Below, piece after piece: positions 13,901 through 24,900 of a stretch of DNA of 64,000 nt. How positions within the stretch are numbered: position 1 is the first letter of the stretch; each line of letters starts with the position of its first letter. A program made the translations under genes and the position numbers. This DNA is from Lytechinus pictus (taxonomy: Eukaryota), in NCBI RefSeq assembly GCF_037042905.1, contig NC_087245.1, forward strand, positions 24,120,001-24,184,000, written 5' to 3'. The notes beneath the pieces were generated by a model that saw only the letters and a list, made by a program, of their open reading frames with translations, had not been told where the DNA came from and searched no databases.

Positions 13901-14409
13901 CTAAAGTAGAAATGTGTAGATGACCATAACAGTTTTTGTGTGTATCTCAATTATGTTATACAGCACCAATGAGCTGAATAATCCTGATGAATATGCTTTG
14001 TCAGTGTTCCTACTGATGATGTTGTTATTTTAAAGAAATATAACTACAAAAACTACAAATAGAAGTTAAGAGATAAACAGAAGGAAAACATTTCCTGCTT
14101 TTACTCCAGATAAAATCAACAAATGTGATTCATTAACCTTTGCTTGTCATCTTGTTCAGGCTGCTGGCACATGCCCGATTCATTGGCTGTAAGACATCTT
14201 CTCAAACAATAACACCCTCTAAACCCAAGAAGAGGAGGAAGAAGAGGAAAGACCCCGATGACAGTGATGATGATGATGATGACAAGGATTTTCTACAAGA
14301 GAATTCTGCCGACAAGGAATCCTTCAAGGTTGTATACATTGAACTGAGCACGCCCATCAAGTCTACATCAAGCTTTGTAGAGAAACCAGGTTTTGGAAAG
14401 AAAAGATGA
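4800..14409 (+). CDS. POLR1E: DNA-directed RNA polymerase I subunit RPA49/PAF53 (spliced gene; N-terminal start exon not resolved)
   Basis: GT-AG exons 4800-4921, 5835-5911, 6516-6660, 7327-7474, 8222-8302, 8816-8912, 9923-10059, 12290-12386, 12732-12854, 14160-14409 join in phase into ~425 codons ending in TGA. Peptides KFSHGRLQ, RRILVAEADSMQYVGQNYG, YLVGVLDKKTGKM, LTEAFGSSKKQRAMESR, LLPPCDRSAKRPQDVYKLEDII and KDKLLSYILVLA parallel vertebrate POLR1E (QFSNGKLQ, RILAAETDRLSYVGNNFG, IEAFGTTKQKRAL, LPPC..PEDVYKFEDLL). Confidence 0.95.
5835..5911 (+). CDS. POLR1E: POLR1E coding exon (VAEADSMQYVGQNYG...SMCK)
   Basis: ctgtag| ... |gtaagt, in phase with neighbours. Confidence 0.92.
6516..6660 (+). 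CDS. POLR1E: POLR1E coding exon (YLVGVLDKKTGKMKIF...LAEK)
   Basis: tttcag| ... |gtagtc, in phase. Confidence 0.92.
7327..7474 (+). CDS. POLR1E: POLR1E coding exon (KDRLTEAFGSSKKQRAM...ALPQ)
   Basis: tcacag| ... |gtaaat; conserved A49 linker motif EAFGxxK. Confidence 0.93.
8222..8302 (+). CDS. POLR1E: POLR1E coding exon (DSDIDTSLLPPC...VYKLED)
   Basis: tcctag| ... |GTATCCTTT (U12-type donor). Confidence 0.92.
8303..8815 (+). other. U12-type (minor spliceosome) GT-AG intron
   Basis: 5' site GTATCCTTTT; branch-site consensus TTCCTTGAC at 8796-8804, branch A 12 nt before the 3' end; flanking exons join in frame (ED|II). Confidence 0.88.
8816..8912 (+). CDS. POLR1E: POLR1E coding exon (IISARHRKSLQ...NTKK)
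   Basis: ttacag| ... |gtaagg, in phase. Confidence 0.9.
8960..9350. mobile_element. degenerate MITE
   Basis: GGATAACACAACATTTCCTCT / AGAGCAAATGTTGTGTCACC imperfect TIRs with internal GGAGCAAAT repeats. Confidence 0.5.
9923..10059 (+). CDS. POLR1E: POLR1E coding exon (YPQYVLDH...KPKEL)
   Basis: gtacag| ... |gtaagt, in phase. Confidence 0.9.
10427..12189. mobile_element. non-autonomous hAT-like DNA transposon in POLR1E intron
   Basis: 14-bp perfect TIR CATACCTGCCAACC / GGTTGGCAGGTATG; flanks CCTGTC / CCTGTA (5-6 bp TSD); subterminal TTCCGA repeats. Confidence 0.8.
12290..12386 (+). CDS. POLR1E: POLR1E coding exon (KTCLKTAPPGIRTHLYDTFT...EK)
   Basis: ttacag| ... |gtgagt, in phase. Confidence 0.88.
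12732..12854 (+). CDS. POLR1E: POLR1E coding exon (LLSKSCKDKLLSYILVLA...PVKR)
   Basis: attcag| ... |gtcagt; tandem winged-helix region. Confidence 0.92.
13194..13872. mobile_element. piggyBac-like MITE
   Basis: TTAA TSD on both sides; CCCTAA..GGACTGGGGG / CCCCCAGTCCTATTAGGG TIRs. Confidence 0.85.
14160..14409 (+). CDS. POLR1E: POLR1E last coding exon (LLAHARFIGC...GFGKKR*)
   Basis: gttcag| acceptor, TGA stop at 14407-14409. Confidence 0.92.
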
Positions 14410-16964
14410 TCGTTGTCTTTAGTCTCTCAGAATCTTGACCAAGTTATGTTTTTTCCACATTTTTTTATTCTTATGAACCCTTTGTCGGGGTATTAAAGTG
14501 CCCTACCCTTTTAATAACCAATTCAATGAAAAGTTCATTCTTTGTCAGAATTTGATTATCTTGGGAAATGTATCATACTCATTGAAAACTCATTCAGCAC
14601 AAGAATAGGCACCCATTGTTTGTTAAGTCATGAGTCACTTTACAACCAGAATTGGTAACGGAAACTACAAAGATGACAATAAAAATACAAGGTATATTAG
14701 TAAAGTTTGTTTACAACTCCCACGCAAGTTTTATACAGATGCTACTGTGTACACGGTCATGGGATTCAGTACACATGCACTGACTTGACCGGGCATGTAC
14801 ACTTACACACGTTAGTTTGTGTATATCTGTATTTCACATTGCATGATTGTACAAAGTTCCCAACGTGCCTGTGACAATTGAATCCCCAGTAAGAAAGGTA
14901 TAGACATCAACATGTTTGATTTTTTTGTCCATTTGTTTTAAATTAAAATTTATTGAAATTAAATTTTTAGTCAACAGGGCGCAATAATAGAGAGCAAAAC
15001 TTCAGTTGCTCCCTCGTTGAATTTTTATTGTGAGGTAATTTAAGGAACCCATTTAAATCAGTAAATCATTTTTTTTTTCAGGAAATGTCAATAAAAAATA
15101 TGAAACATTACTCCAACTTGGGGTAGATTTGAGGTGGCAGTCTTTTATCATAATTACATAGTGTATTATTACCTTTGCAATTATAATATAATTTTGTCCA
15201 AGCCCTCAGCTGTCAGTCCTTAGGTCCCGCTGAAACTAGTAATGTGCTTTTAGTGATGCATGAACAGAAGAAGTCCACTTCACCATGTGTTACTTTATAC
15301 AGATGTAAGGGCATAGGTATACATGTATTAGAGTTTTTTTCAAAATGAAGGAAGTTCTTCATACATGTTTGTCACGATTTTGTGGAACTCAGTTTCTTTT
15401 TTAAGAACTGAGAAGAGAGTCAAAATAAAAGATTTTACATTTGATATGAAAGTTGATCATTCATTGTTTCTTAATTGCAAACCTTAAAAAAATTGCTTCT
15501 CATTCATAAAGACAATAAAACTGTTTTGATATCCAAGAATGGATTAGTCCAACAGTGGCATTTTATGTGCAAAGAGTGTGCCAGAGTGCTCATACAAAGA
15601 ATCAAAAGCTTATACATGTACACAAAGTCCTACACCATCTGCTGGCAAATGACACTATTACTGTCACTTTCGTTGACCTTCCCTCTTATTTTTCCAGCCA
15701 ATTCATCCGTCTCGAACGTAAAATCTTCCCTTCCGAATCTTGAATGAAATTTTTGTTTTGAATTTACATAGTGAAATGTTTCCCAAGAAGTTATGTGGTC
15801 ATTATTTTGGAATGTTATTTAATCTTTTCTTCATACAAACTTTTACACTTGATGCTTTTTCAAAATTAGTTTTGGACATTCTTTAACTTAACACAATTAC
15901 CAGAGCATAGTGTGACATTCTTAAAGTTCATTAAAATCCAACATTTGTTTGGATAATTCTTCTCTTAAGTGCATATAAATTTATTAACTGTATTCAAAGC
16001 ATACTACATTCAACTTTCAAATCACATTTTAAAACTTCTTTCCAATTATTTATTTTTTCCAAACTCATTTCATATATAATTAACGTTTATCTATTACTTT
16101 AATTTGATTATATATACAAAATTATAAAAAAAAGATGGAATAATACAAAATGTTTTTTCTATTAAAAATTCATAAATGAGTGATTACATTTTTTTATTGG
16201 CAACAGTTATTTGATATGATGCCATTTATGCCTGAAATAATGTCAGCAATGAATTTTGTTGAAAAAGAGGAATGAAAAGATAACAAAAGAAAGAAACATG
16301 TAGGAACTTAAAAAAAACAATGAAATACATGTACATTAGAAATCAATTTTGTTACTGGATTATTTTTTTTCATTTACAATTTTTAGGATTGCCATCAAGA
16401 ATATTATAACCAAAAAAAGCATTCTAGGAGCTTTATTTATTTACTGAATTAGAACAAATAGTATGATTTTATAAATAAGTCAACATAATTAATTGATAAA
16501 AAATAAGAAAGATGAATGAAGTGAAATCTGTGGCTGAGATCTAAAGGGAGGGGGGCATAAATAAGGGCCAGAGTGACAATAATCAAAATCCCTTTGGACT
16601 ATTATGGTTGAGCCAATCATATGCAAGGGTTTGGCTATCATCGGAATTTGGTACCATCAATGGCCCAATACCTAGGAGCAAGTGTTGTCCATTACCCAGT
16701 GTCACTAGCGCACTTGAGTTATGGGGCAGGGGCAGAGTCTACCCCCCCCCCCAGACCTACAAATCCAAAGAGGAAACTTGTAAAGAATGAGCAAAAATAA
16801 AGTGTGTCTATACGTTGACAGTGAATTTAATATCTTCTCATAATAAGTGCATATATATTTACTTCCTGTACATATACTATATATAAATATTAAAATACAA
16901 CAATGCGTACAACATTTGGCATGCAAGAAACATGTTTTATTTCCTTCCAAACCCTTTTCTTGTA

Positions 16965-17530
16965 TAATATTGTATATTATCACCCGTATCAGACATCTGA
17001 GCTGGTCATTTACAAAACCGTATTTCCCTGTATTGTATTATTATCAGGAAGGGATAGGTATATTGTTTGTATTTTCCTCGGTCTCAATGCGCGTATTGAC
17101 TCTGCATGCAGAGACGACGCAAAATATACCTTTGTATTTTCCCTGGTCTCACATCCGGGCCTTTGAGGATGCGAATGAAGTGATACGCTTCATAATGTTC
17201 CGCGCACCAACGATCTACGTCATAATAAAGACAACGCTGGATCTGGGCGCTTGCAAGTACGTCATAATGGTAAAGTGCAGAGCCTAGACACTGATATTAT
17301 CATGACACAACAGAACTCTATTCTTAAAAGATATCACTGTTATCATGATTTTTGCTCTAGATATCTGATTTGGATGATAATAAAAATATTGACTGCCCTT
17401 CTTTCGGGGAACATCAAATATATTGCCCTTAAAAGACCCATATTGCCCTCGTCTAAAGACTCGGGCCAATATGATTCTTTTGCTGGCAATATATTTGATG
17501 TTCCCCTCAAGACCAGTCAATATTATATAA
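16965..17530. mobile_element. MITE-like element with internal fold-back (17386-17524)
   Basis: ATATTGACTG..GGGGAACATCAAATATATTGCC vs GGCAATATATTTGATGTTCCCC..CAGTCAATAT; outer bounds approximate. Confidence 0.5.
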
Positions 17531-18924
17531 ATATTAGATTAGATTACACACGATATTTTCTTCATAAAAGATAGAATTAGAAAGAGCTAGTAGTTTTTAT
17601 ATATACCTAATTCTAGTCAATAAATTAATCTTTCAATACAAATTTCAATAGCAGATCATTGTGCCTTTTTGGTGAAGCTTCATAAAGTACAGTTTTTGGA
17701 AACTCGTCCCAAGCCAGCATCAGTTGTTAGACCCCCACCCTCCACCCTTCTCTGTAATTTTCTTGTTTAAAACCAATTTAGTCTCCCTGCATCAAGGCAC
17801 CCTATATGGTTTGTTCCTCACCATTAATTGGCATGATATCATTCCGCTCCCAATATCATTAAAAATCTTTGGACACTACGTCAAAACTCACCTATGTTTT
17901 TACTCACACAAACTTCAACTCGTTACAAAAATACATAGAATAAAAAAAGTAGTGCATAGTACATGTAAATAAAAAGTACAGAAAGACACAAAACTGAATA
18001 TAAAAAATATTTGAGGTTGTTATGGGAATTTTTTTTCAAAATGATAAATCATGAATTTTTAAATACTCATAAGAAATGTGTATCCAGTTGCCACAAATAC
18101 AGCCCATTCAACCAAAGATTAGGATACATACAAGTTTATGACTGACCATTTTAACCCAATCCCTACTATAACCCTGTCTATAGCTTATAGGAATTACAGA
18201 ATTCAGTAGGTGACAGGTTAAATGATCTCAAGAGGTTTGGAATACATGTGATTGGAGTTCAGGCAGTTATACATGTACAACCAAAATGGTACAGATCTTT
18301 GTATAAGTTTTGGTAAATGAAAAATTCATTCATTTCCAAAATTTGAATACAGGTAATAATGGAAGTTATAGTATATCATGAAGCTATTGCCATCTTAAGG
18401 CTTAGACATTAAACATATATTTATGTATAAATATATATAGATATGGATGAAAATAATGAAAATGTAAAATATTTTTTAAAGGCTGATCTCTGATATTTAA
18501 TGAAAATTTACAAAAACGTTACCGAGAGAAGGCACCAAATCTGATCCATCATCAAAATTCATCTTTTCACAAAGTATCAGCCATCAAAATGTACACTTTT
18601 TATCGTTTTAAGTAAGACAGGAATATTATATTGAGAGTTAAATAGGATACACACTCTTGAACTCCAACCACAGCTTAAGACAACTACTAAACGAAATAGT
18701 GACTGTGACTGGTCAAATAACAATAGACCTGTGCTTTGTACTTTGAATGTAACTAGAATCACCTTTGGCAAGAAACTAACACCAAGTAAATGAAACGATA
18801 ATATAGGCCTACATCAAACGAAGGCAGCGTGTTAGTGTAAACGTATACAAAAGAACATGATGATAATAAAAGGTGTTTTTTTATAGCATCATCTATCTGG
18901 ACTGTTCTATTCCAATACGCACTA

Positions 18925-20649
18925 CAGTGCGTCCCAAAAAAAACTATACACTTTTGAAATGGCTGCCAAATAAAAAATATATCACTTTGGGGGAAAACAC
19001 TTACATCCATGGAAGCCAATAAAGTCAACTTTAAAATGACACCAAAAAGTTGGAAAACTTTCCATGCTTGAGCGAGCACTGCCCACTAAAACAAAGGGTA
19101 TGGAAATTAGGGTGGGCAGGAATTGGCCTTCCAATTTCTTTCAGTTTTTGAGATGCGAGTCCCTTGGAACTTGCAAAGTTGAGGATGTTTTGATAAATCA
19201 ATGATCAAGCATTATCAATTTAGGTTTTTAGAGCAAATTTTAAGAATTATTAAATTGAAATTTAATGTATGAGTGAACATGAAATACAATTTTTCACTTT
19301 TTAAGTGGATCTCAGCAATGTGTTCATGGAAGTCAGAATAGGGATAGGACTTAGGTGGGGGAAGTAGGTTGACGGGATATGGGTCAACAGAACACTTAAC
19401 CCCCCCCCCCTCTCTCTCTCTACCCCTTTCACCCCTCCTGAGAGACTAGCCTTTGCTAGGGTGAGCAGGAATTAGCCTTAATTCCATTTTTTTTTAGGTG
19501 AGTCCTTTGGAACTTGCAAAGTTAAGGGTGTTATGCTAAATTACTGATAAATGGCATAAATGGAGATCCGTTTTGGTTTCTTAAATTGAAATGTAATGCA
19601 TGAGTAAACAGGAATTGTAATTTTAGTGTAGCATTTTTGGTTTATTATGTGGATCTTAGCAAGTGTGCTTGTGAGAGTCAGAGTAATGTGATGGTACCTG
19701 TTACATGCAAGGGGATGAGATAGGGTAAGACTGGGTTAAAGGGGTATTCTTCTTTGTGTTCTCTTACAAATTACATGTCATGTACTCACCCCGCCCTCCA
19801 TCCCTTTCTTTCTCTTGGTAGGTATTTAAAACTTAAAATGCCAAGTGACTGATGGTTGATGGGTCTTTCTTTTCCATTTAATGATTTATTAAGAACTTGA
19901 CTAATTATGATAATTTATGAAATCATTTATTGAAAAAGCTGAATGTTTGATTGATAATTTATTGAAAAAGGTGAATATTTGATTGATGACATTGATTGAG
20001 TTTATTTACTAACAGATTGTTGATTGAATGATTGATAGATAAAAGTTGATGATCTAATTTTCAGAATTTATTATCAAATTGACAGTCCGCTTTGCACTTA
20101 ATGCGTACATGTAATAGCAATCAGTCTCAATCTCAACAGGAGGGGGGCTAAACGTTCTGTAGTGTTGACCCTTTTCCCATCAGCTTACTTCACACACTGA
20201 AGTCATTTCTTACCCCTATTCTCCTGACTCCAATGAACACACTGCTGAGACCCACATTGTAAGTTAAAATGCTTCACTAAAGATTGCAATTCATGCTCAC
20301 TCATGCATGGAATTTCAATTTGATAATTCATGAAATTTGCTCTAACAATTTAAATTGATAATGAATGACCATCAATTCATCAGAACACCCTCAAGTTTGC
20401 AAGTTCCAAGGGACTCGCCTCTCAAAAACTGAAAGAAACCGAAAGGCTAATTCCTGCCCACCCTAATTTTCATACCCTTTGTTTAAGCGGGTAGTGCTCA
20501 CTCAAGCATGAATAGTTTTCCAACATTTTGGTGTCATTTGAAAGATGACTTTATCGGCTTTCCATATGTATAAGTCTTTCCCCCCAAAGTGATATACTTT
20601 TTATTTGGCAGCCATTTCAAAAGTGTATAGTTTTTTTTGGGACGCACTG
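18925..20649. mobile_element. Tc1/mariner-like non-autonomous element with ~400-bp TIRs
   Basis: TA|CAGTGCGTCCCAAAAAAAACTATACACTTTTGAAATGGCTGCC ... GGCAGCCATTTCAAAAGTGTATAGTTTTTTTTGGGACGCACTG|TA. Confidence 0.9.
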
Positions 20650-20679
20650 TATATCAATACGATTATAGCATGTCATGCT

Positions 20680-20852
20680 GCCCCCAGTGCTCAGTGCATT
20701 TCAGGAATTAAACCTGCCTGGTATCCACTCACCTCACCTGGGTTAAGTGCAGCACAATGTGGATAAAGGAAAGTGCGCCATGGCTGGGGTTCGAACCCAT
20801 GACCCTCTCTTTGGAAGATGAGAGTCAGAACCACCAGCCCATGACACGCCCA
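20680..20852 (-). mobile_element. tRNA-derived SINE (Meta/MESC-like core)
   Basis: Minus strand GGGCGTGTCATGGGCTGGTGG (A-box-like) ... GGTTCGAACCCC (B box), then CACTTAACCCAGGTGAGGTGAGTGGATACC core; related fragment at 63122-63215. Confidence 0.7.
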
Positions 20853-21528
20853 CTCGGATTATGGTTTTACAGATGAATGCTGAAGATGTTTCAATGTGAA
20901 GTTTTAACTTCATTTACAAGATGGTGGGAAAGAATCGAACAATTATCTTTGGAGGCTCCCCTATTTAGAAAATTATACTTCTCATTTTTGTTCTGACCAT
21001 ATCCTTCATCTGTGCCTGGAGAATTTGCTTTATTGCATGAAGACTCCATCAGTTTTCAATAGTTTAATGCACCACTTACTTTTTATTATCGGCCCAAGTA
21101 AAATGAATGGCCTGAGGACAGTCCAAAGCATTCAATGCATTTTAACTTCTTTATGCCTATTATTTTGTACAGCCGCCTCTTTCTTTGACAAGAATATGCA
21201 GTGCGCCCCAGAATGAAATACTAACTGTCATTCTCGGTTGTAATTTCAAGCTATATATTGGCAAGATACTCTCTTTTAACTTCTTCATTGTGATATACCT
21301 ATAGCATTAAGAGCCAAGAGAGATGAGTAAGATGAGTTTCATATTTCAATGTCTATTTCAAGTTGGGCAGCATATAATTGGTAAAACTTGACATGAAAAT
21401 AATTTGATGGCTGTGGTATGTATCTTTGAAACTCTTTTTTTTTCCCCAATAGGAGACACTGTATAATGTTATATACATGTGCATGTATCTAGACACATAC
21501 ATGCAGGCCTAAAATTAAAATGAACCAG

Positions 21529-21685
21529 GGGAGCGTTTCATCAACATTTTTGTCCGACAAGTTGTCAGATCTGACATCTTTCCTTGATTCTGATTGGCTG
21601 AAAGGCACTATTACTATAGTAACTGTCGGATAAAATGGGACTTGTCGGATAAAATGTCCGACAAGTCCTTTCATGAAACACTCCC
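21529..21685. mobile_element. PIF/Harbinger-like MITE just 3' of the MS4A-like stop codon
   Basis: GGGAGCGTTTCAT / ATGAAACACTCCC TIRs, CAG TSD. Confidence 0.8.
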
Positions 21686-21715
21686 CAGGTCCCATCTTCT
21701 CAAGTCACAGTTCAT

Positions 21716-21969
21716 TTACATCTTCATAGGCTGAGCTGGTGGATTAACAGGGTCTATCGCGTGGTAGTGGGGAGGGGGCGAAGGTGCTCCCATGTTGTAA
21801 TTTGGTTGAGGTCCTGGGCCTTGTTGGGGTCCAAGAAATGGTTGGGGTTCAGGGCCTGGTTGGGGTCCTGGTCCTAGTTGAGGTGCTGGTCCTTGGTGGG
21901 GTCCTCCTTGGGCCATGTAAGGATGTGGTTGATTGGCTGGAGGGGGATTGGGATACCCCATCGGTTGCC
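21716..21969 (-). CDS. MS4A-like last exon (GQPMGYPNPPP...PMKM*)
   Basis: taccag| acceptor, Pro/Gln/Gly-rich frame, TAA stop. Confidence 0.85.
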
Positions 21970-24900
21970 CTGGTAAGATCGAGGATAATGATGTCATTAA
22001 TACACTTGGGTTTAAACCTATCCAGCCCAATGGGGGCAAAAACTGCACATGTAATATAAAGCCTCATCCTTATCTTTACATAATTTTGAACAAAAACAAC
22101 TCTCTTACAATCCTCACTGTAACCCTTGAACCTATGCCCTCTGAGATATTAAGACGGGAGCAAATGTTACAGGAGCATATATCGTGTCGCCAGATATCTA
22201 TATTAGGCAGAACATCTACACTTTAACCAGATATTAGCTGAGATTTTCCATATCATGTGGAACCCTTCCTTTGATATTACCCAGCGCCCTTAAAACATAT
22301 TATCCAACCTTTTTTCAGATCATACATGTATGTTATAACAAATATTCACAGTTTAAGGATTATTATTCTATGTCTGGGTTTATTCATCAACAATAACAAT
22401 CACAGCATCATATTGCCAAGATCTTATGATTATTTCCTTTATTTAGCAAAATGTATAGAGCTGTATTTATTAATGAATGACTCTGACACAAAAAAGAGAA
22501 AAATAAGACTAACCAGCTGGTTGAGCATGCGCGGGAACCATCATGACTACCGGTGTAACATTATTTGAATGTTGGTAGACCTAGGTAAAAGGGAAGGAAA
22601 AAATCTCTAGTTATCTTGTCAATGAAATAAAATGTATTGGGGGCGACGTCCCTTCCCCCAAAGAATACTAAAATAGGACAGCAGAAGAATGCGAGAGACG
22701 AGAAAGAGCAATAGGCAGACAGATATACAGAAGGTAATTAGAGAGTAGAGTCGAGAATATGAATATAAAAAAGTATATAGTAACTGCGCTATATAAAGAG
22801 AAGGGGGGGGGGTCGGGGATGATGCAGAAAGAACGAGAGAAATGACAAATGGGTAATAGGTGGGGGTGGGGGTATTGTGATTCATTCATAATATTACATA
22901 TATTTGATATATAAATTTAGAAGATGAACCACAAATACATAGTTATGACTGCTGTGATGTGATATGATCATGAAGTCGAAACAAAATGCATCTGCTTAGA
23001 GACGAGACAAACACAGTATTTAGTCAAACATATCAAGTAAAATAAGCAAGCAAAATGATACTCCTGACAACCGGTACTTTTTTCATTTTCTTATCATACT
23101 GATTTGAACTTACCATGGTACTTGTGTTATTAGTTCGTCCACAACACACTCCAGCACAGCAATAACAAGCTGCAACAATCGCAACAACAAGCTCAACTAA
23201 TCCTGTGAACACAAGGAAAACATCGAAGGCAATTCGGGCTCGCTGAGGAATGAATATATTAGAAAAAAATGGAAAAGGACAATTATTAATTTGGCAATTT
23301 TTGCCTATTGCTTTGTAATAACAAGCCGGCTAAGTGTATGTATAACAAAGGTGAAAAAAATAAATCCCAGCCCAGTTTCGGATTAGTGCTACCATTAGAC
23401 CGCTATGAATGAAAAGAAAATAATATCTAGTAATGGGGCAAGGGGCGACTCCCACCCTCCACATCTCATTCACATATCTTGTTATTTGAAGATAAAAAAT
23501 AACAGTGGGGGAGAGAAATAGTAGTGTTCAAAGAGATGACTTTCCCATGAAAATATATATTATATGTATACCCCTTGATTACTAAAAAAAAAAAAAAGCT
23601 GTAGAACTCGCATATGAGTCATCTTGCTCTCCTAAATTATATCTATGCCCCCCCCCCCCCGTCTATTTCCTCATAAGGCCCTTAAAAATTTGTTTTGTTG
23701 CCCTCATACATGTATGTCCCAAAACGTCAGAAAGTTGGGTCGGTCGTTTTTTTTTTTTTTTATCCTTCACTGCTGCGTTGCACAAAGAAAATGGGATGAT
23801 TATATGCAGTCAAACATATCAAAACGCATAAGTGCTTGTTAAAGCCCTTGAATAGAACTTTGGCAAAATCTTAGCCGAAATCTAACACTGTCTTTCTCAC
23901 AAAAAATAAACATTTCATTTGTAAATTAACTTGGGTCTGCTAAGAAAGAGAATGACCGTTTTTTGCACTCTACAGTCGGTGGAATGAGTGACACAATAAT
24001 TTTGAAGGCCTATTGCTAACAAATAGAAATTAATATCTTATAAAGCGTGGGAATCTAAACTTAAAGGTGAAGTCCACCTCAGAAAAATGTTGATTTGAAT
24101 CAAAAGAGAAAAATCAGACAAGCATAATGCTGAAAATTTCATCAAAATCGGATGTAAAATAAGAAAGTTATGACATTTTAAAGTTTCGCTTATTTTTCAC
24201 AAAATAGTTATGCACAATTTAGTCACATGCAAATGAGAGAATCGATGATGTCCCTCACTCACTATTTCTTTTGTTTTTTATTGTTTGAATCATACAATAT
24301 TTCAATTTTTAAAGATTTGACAATAAAGACCAACTTGACTGAAACATAAAATGTTAAACAATGGTAATTCCACATATTCAGGGTGAAATAAAACTTTGTT
24401 TCACAGGACAACGAAGAGAAAATTAGAATATTTCATATTTCATATAATAAAATACAAAAGAAATTGTGAGTGTGTGATGTCATCAGTTCCCTCATTTGCA
24501 TACCGACCAGGATGTGAATATAACTATTTTGTGAAATTAAGCGAAACTTAAAAATGTCATAACTTTCTTATTTTGCATCCGATTTTGATGAAATTTTCAG
24601 TGTTGTGCTTGTTGGATTTTTCTCTTTTTATTCAAATTCCACTTTAAACTTAATCCCACTTTTACCCGCTTTGCATGCTATTTCTATTTCTTACAAGGAA
24701 GTTGCTTCTACACAAGCAAATTACCAGCAAGTATTGCAAGGTTGCAATGAAAACTTGCAAAATGCCATCTTTCTCTCAAAATGAGGTGAATTCCTGCCAA
24801 CAACCTCAACATTACTATTTTTATCATTATTATTATCATCATCATCAATTATTTTTATTATTTTAACTTTGCCCATTTCACTTTTAAGAATTTTGGTGGT

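Noticed and set aside
15630..15738. Minus-strand exon-like frame FGREDFTFETDELAGKIRGKVNESDSNSVICQQMV*
   Set aside because: Looks protein-like but the acceptor is weak, no upstream partner exon was found and no family was recognised.
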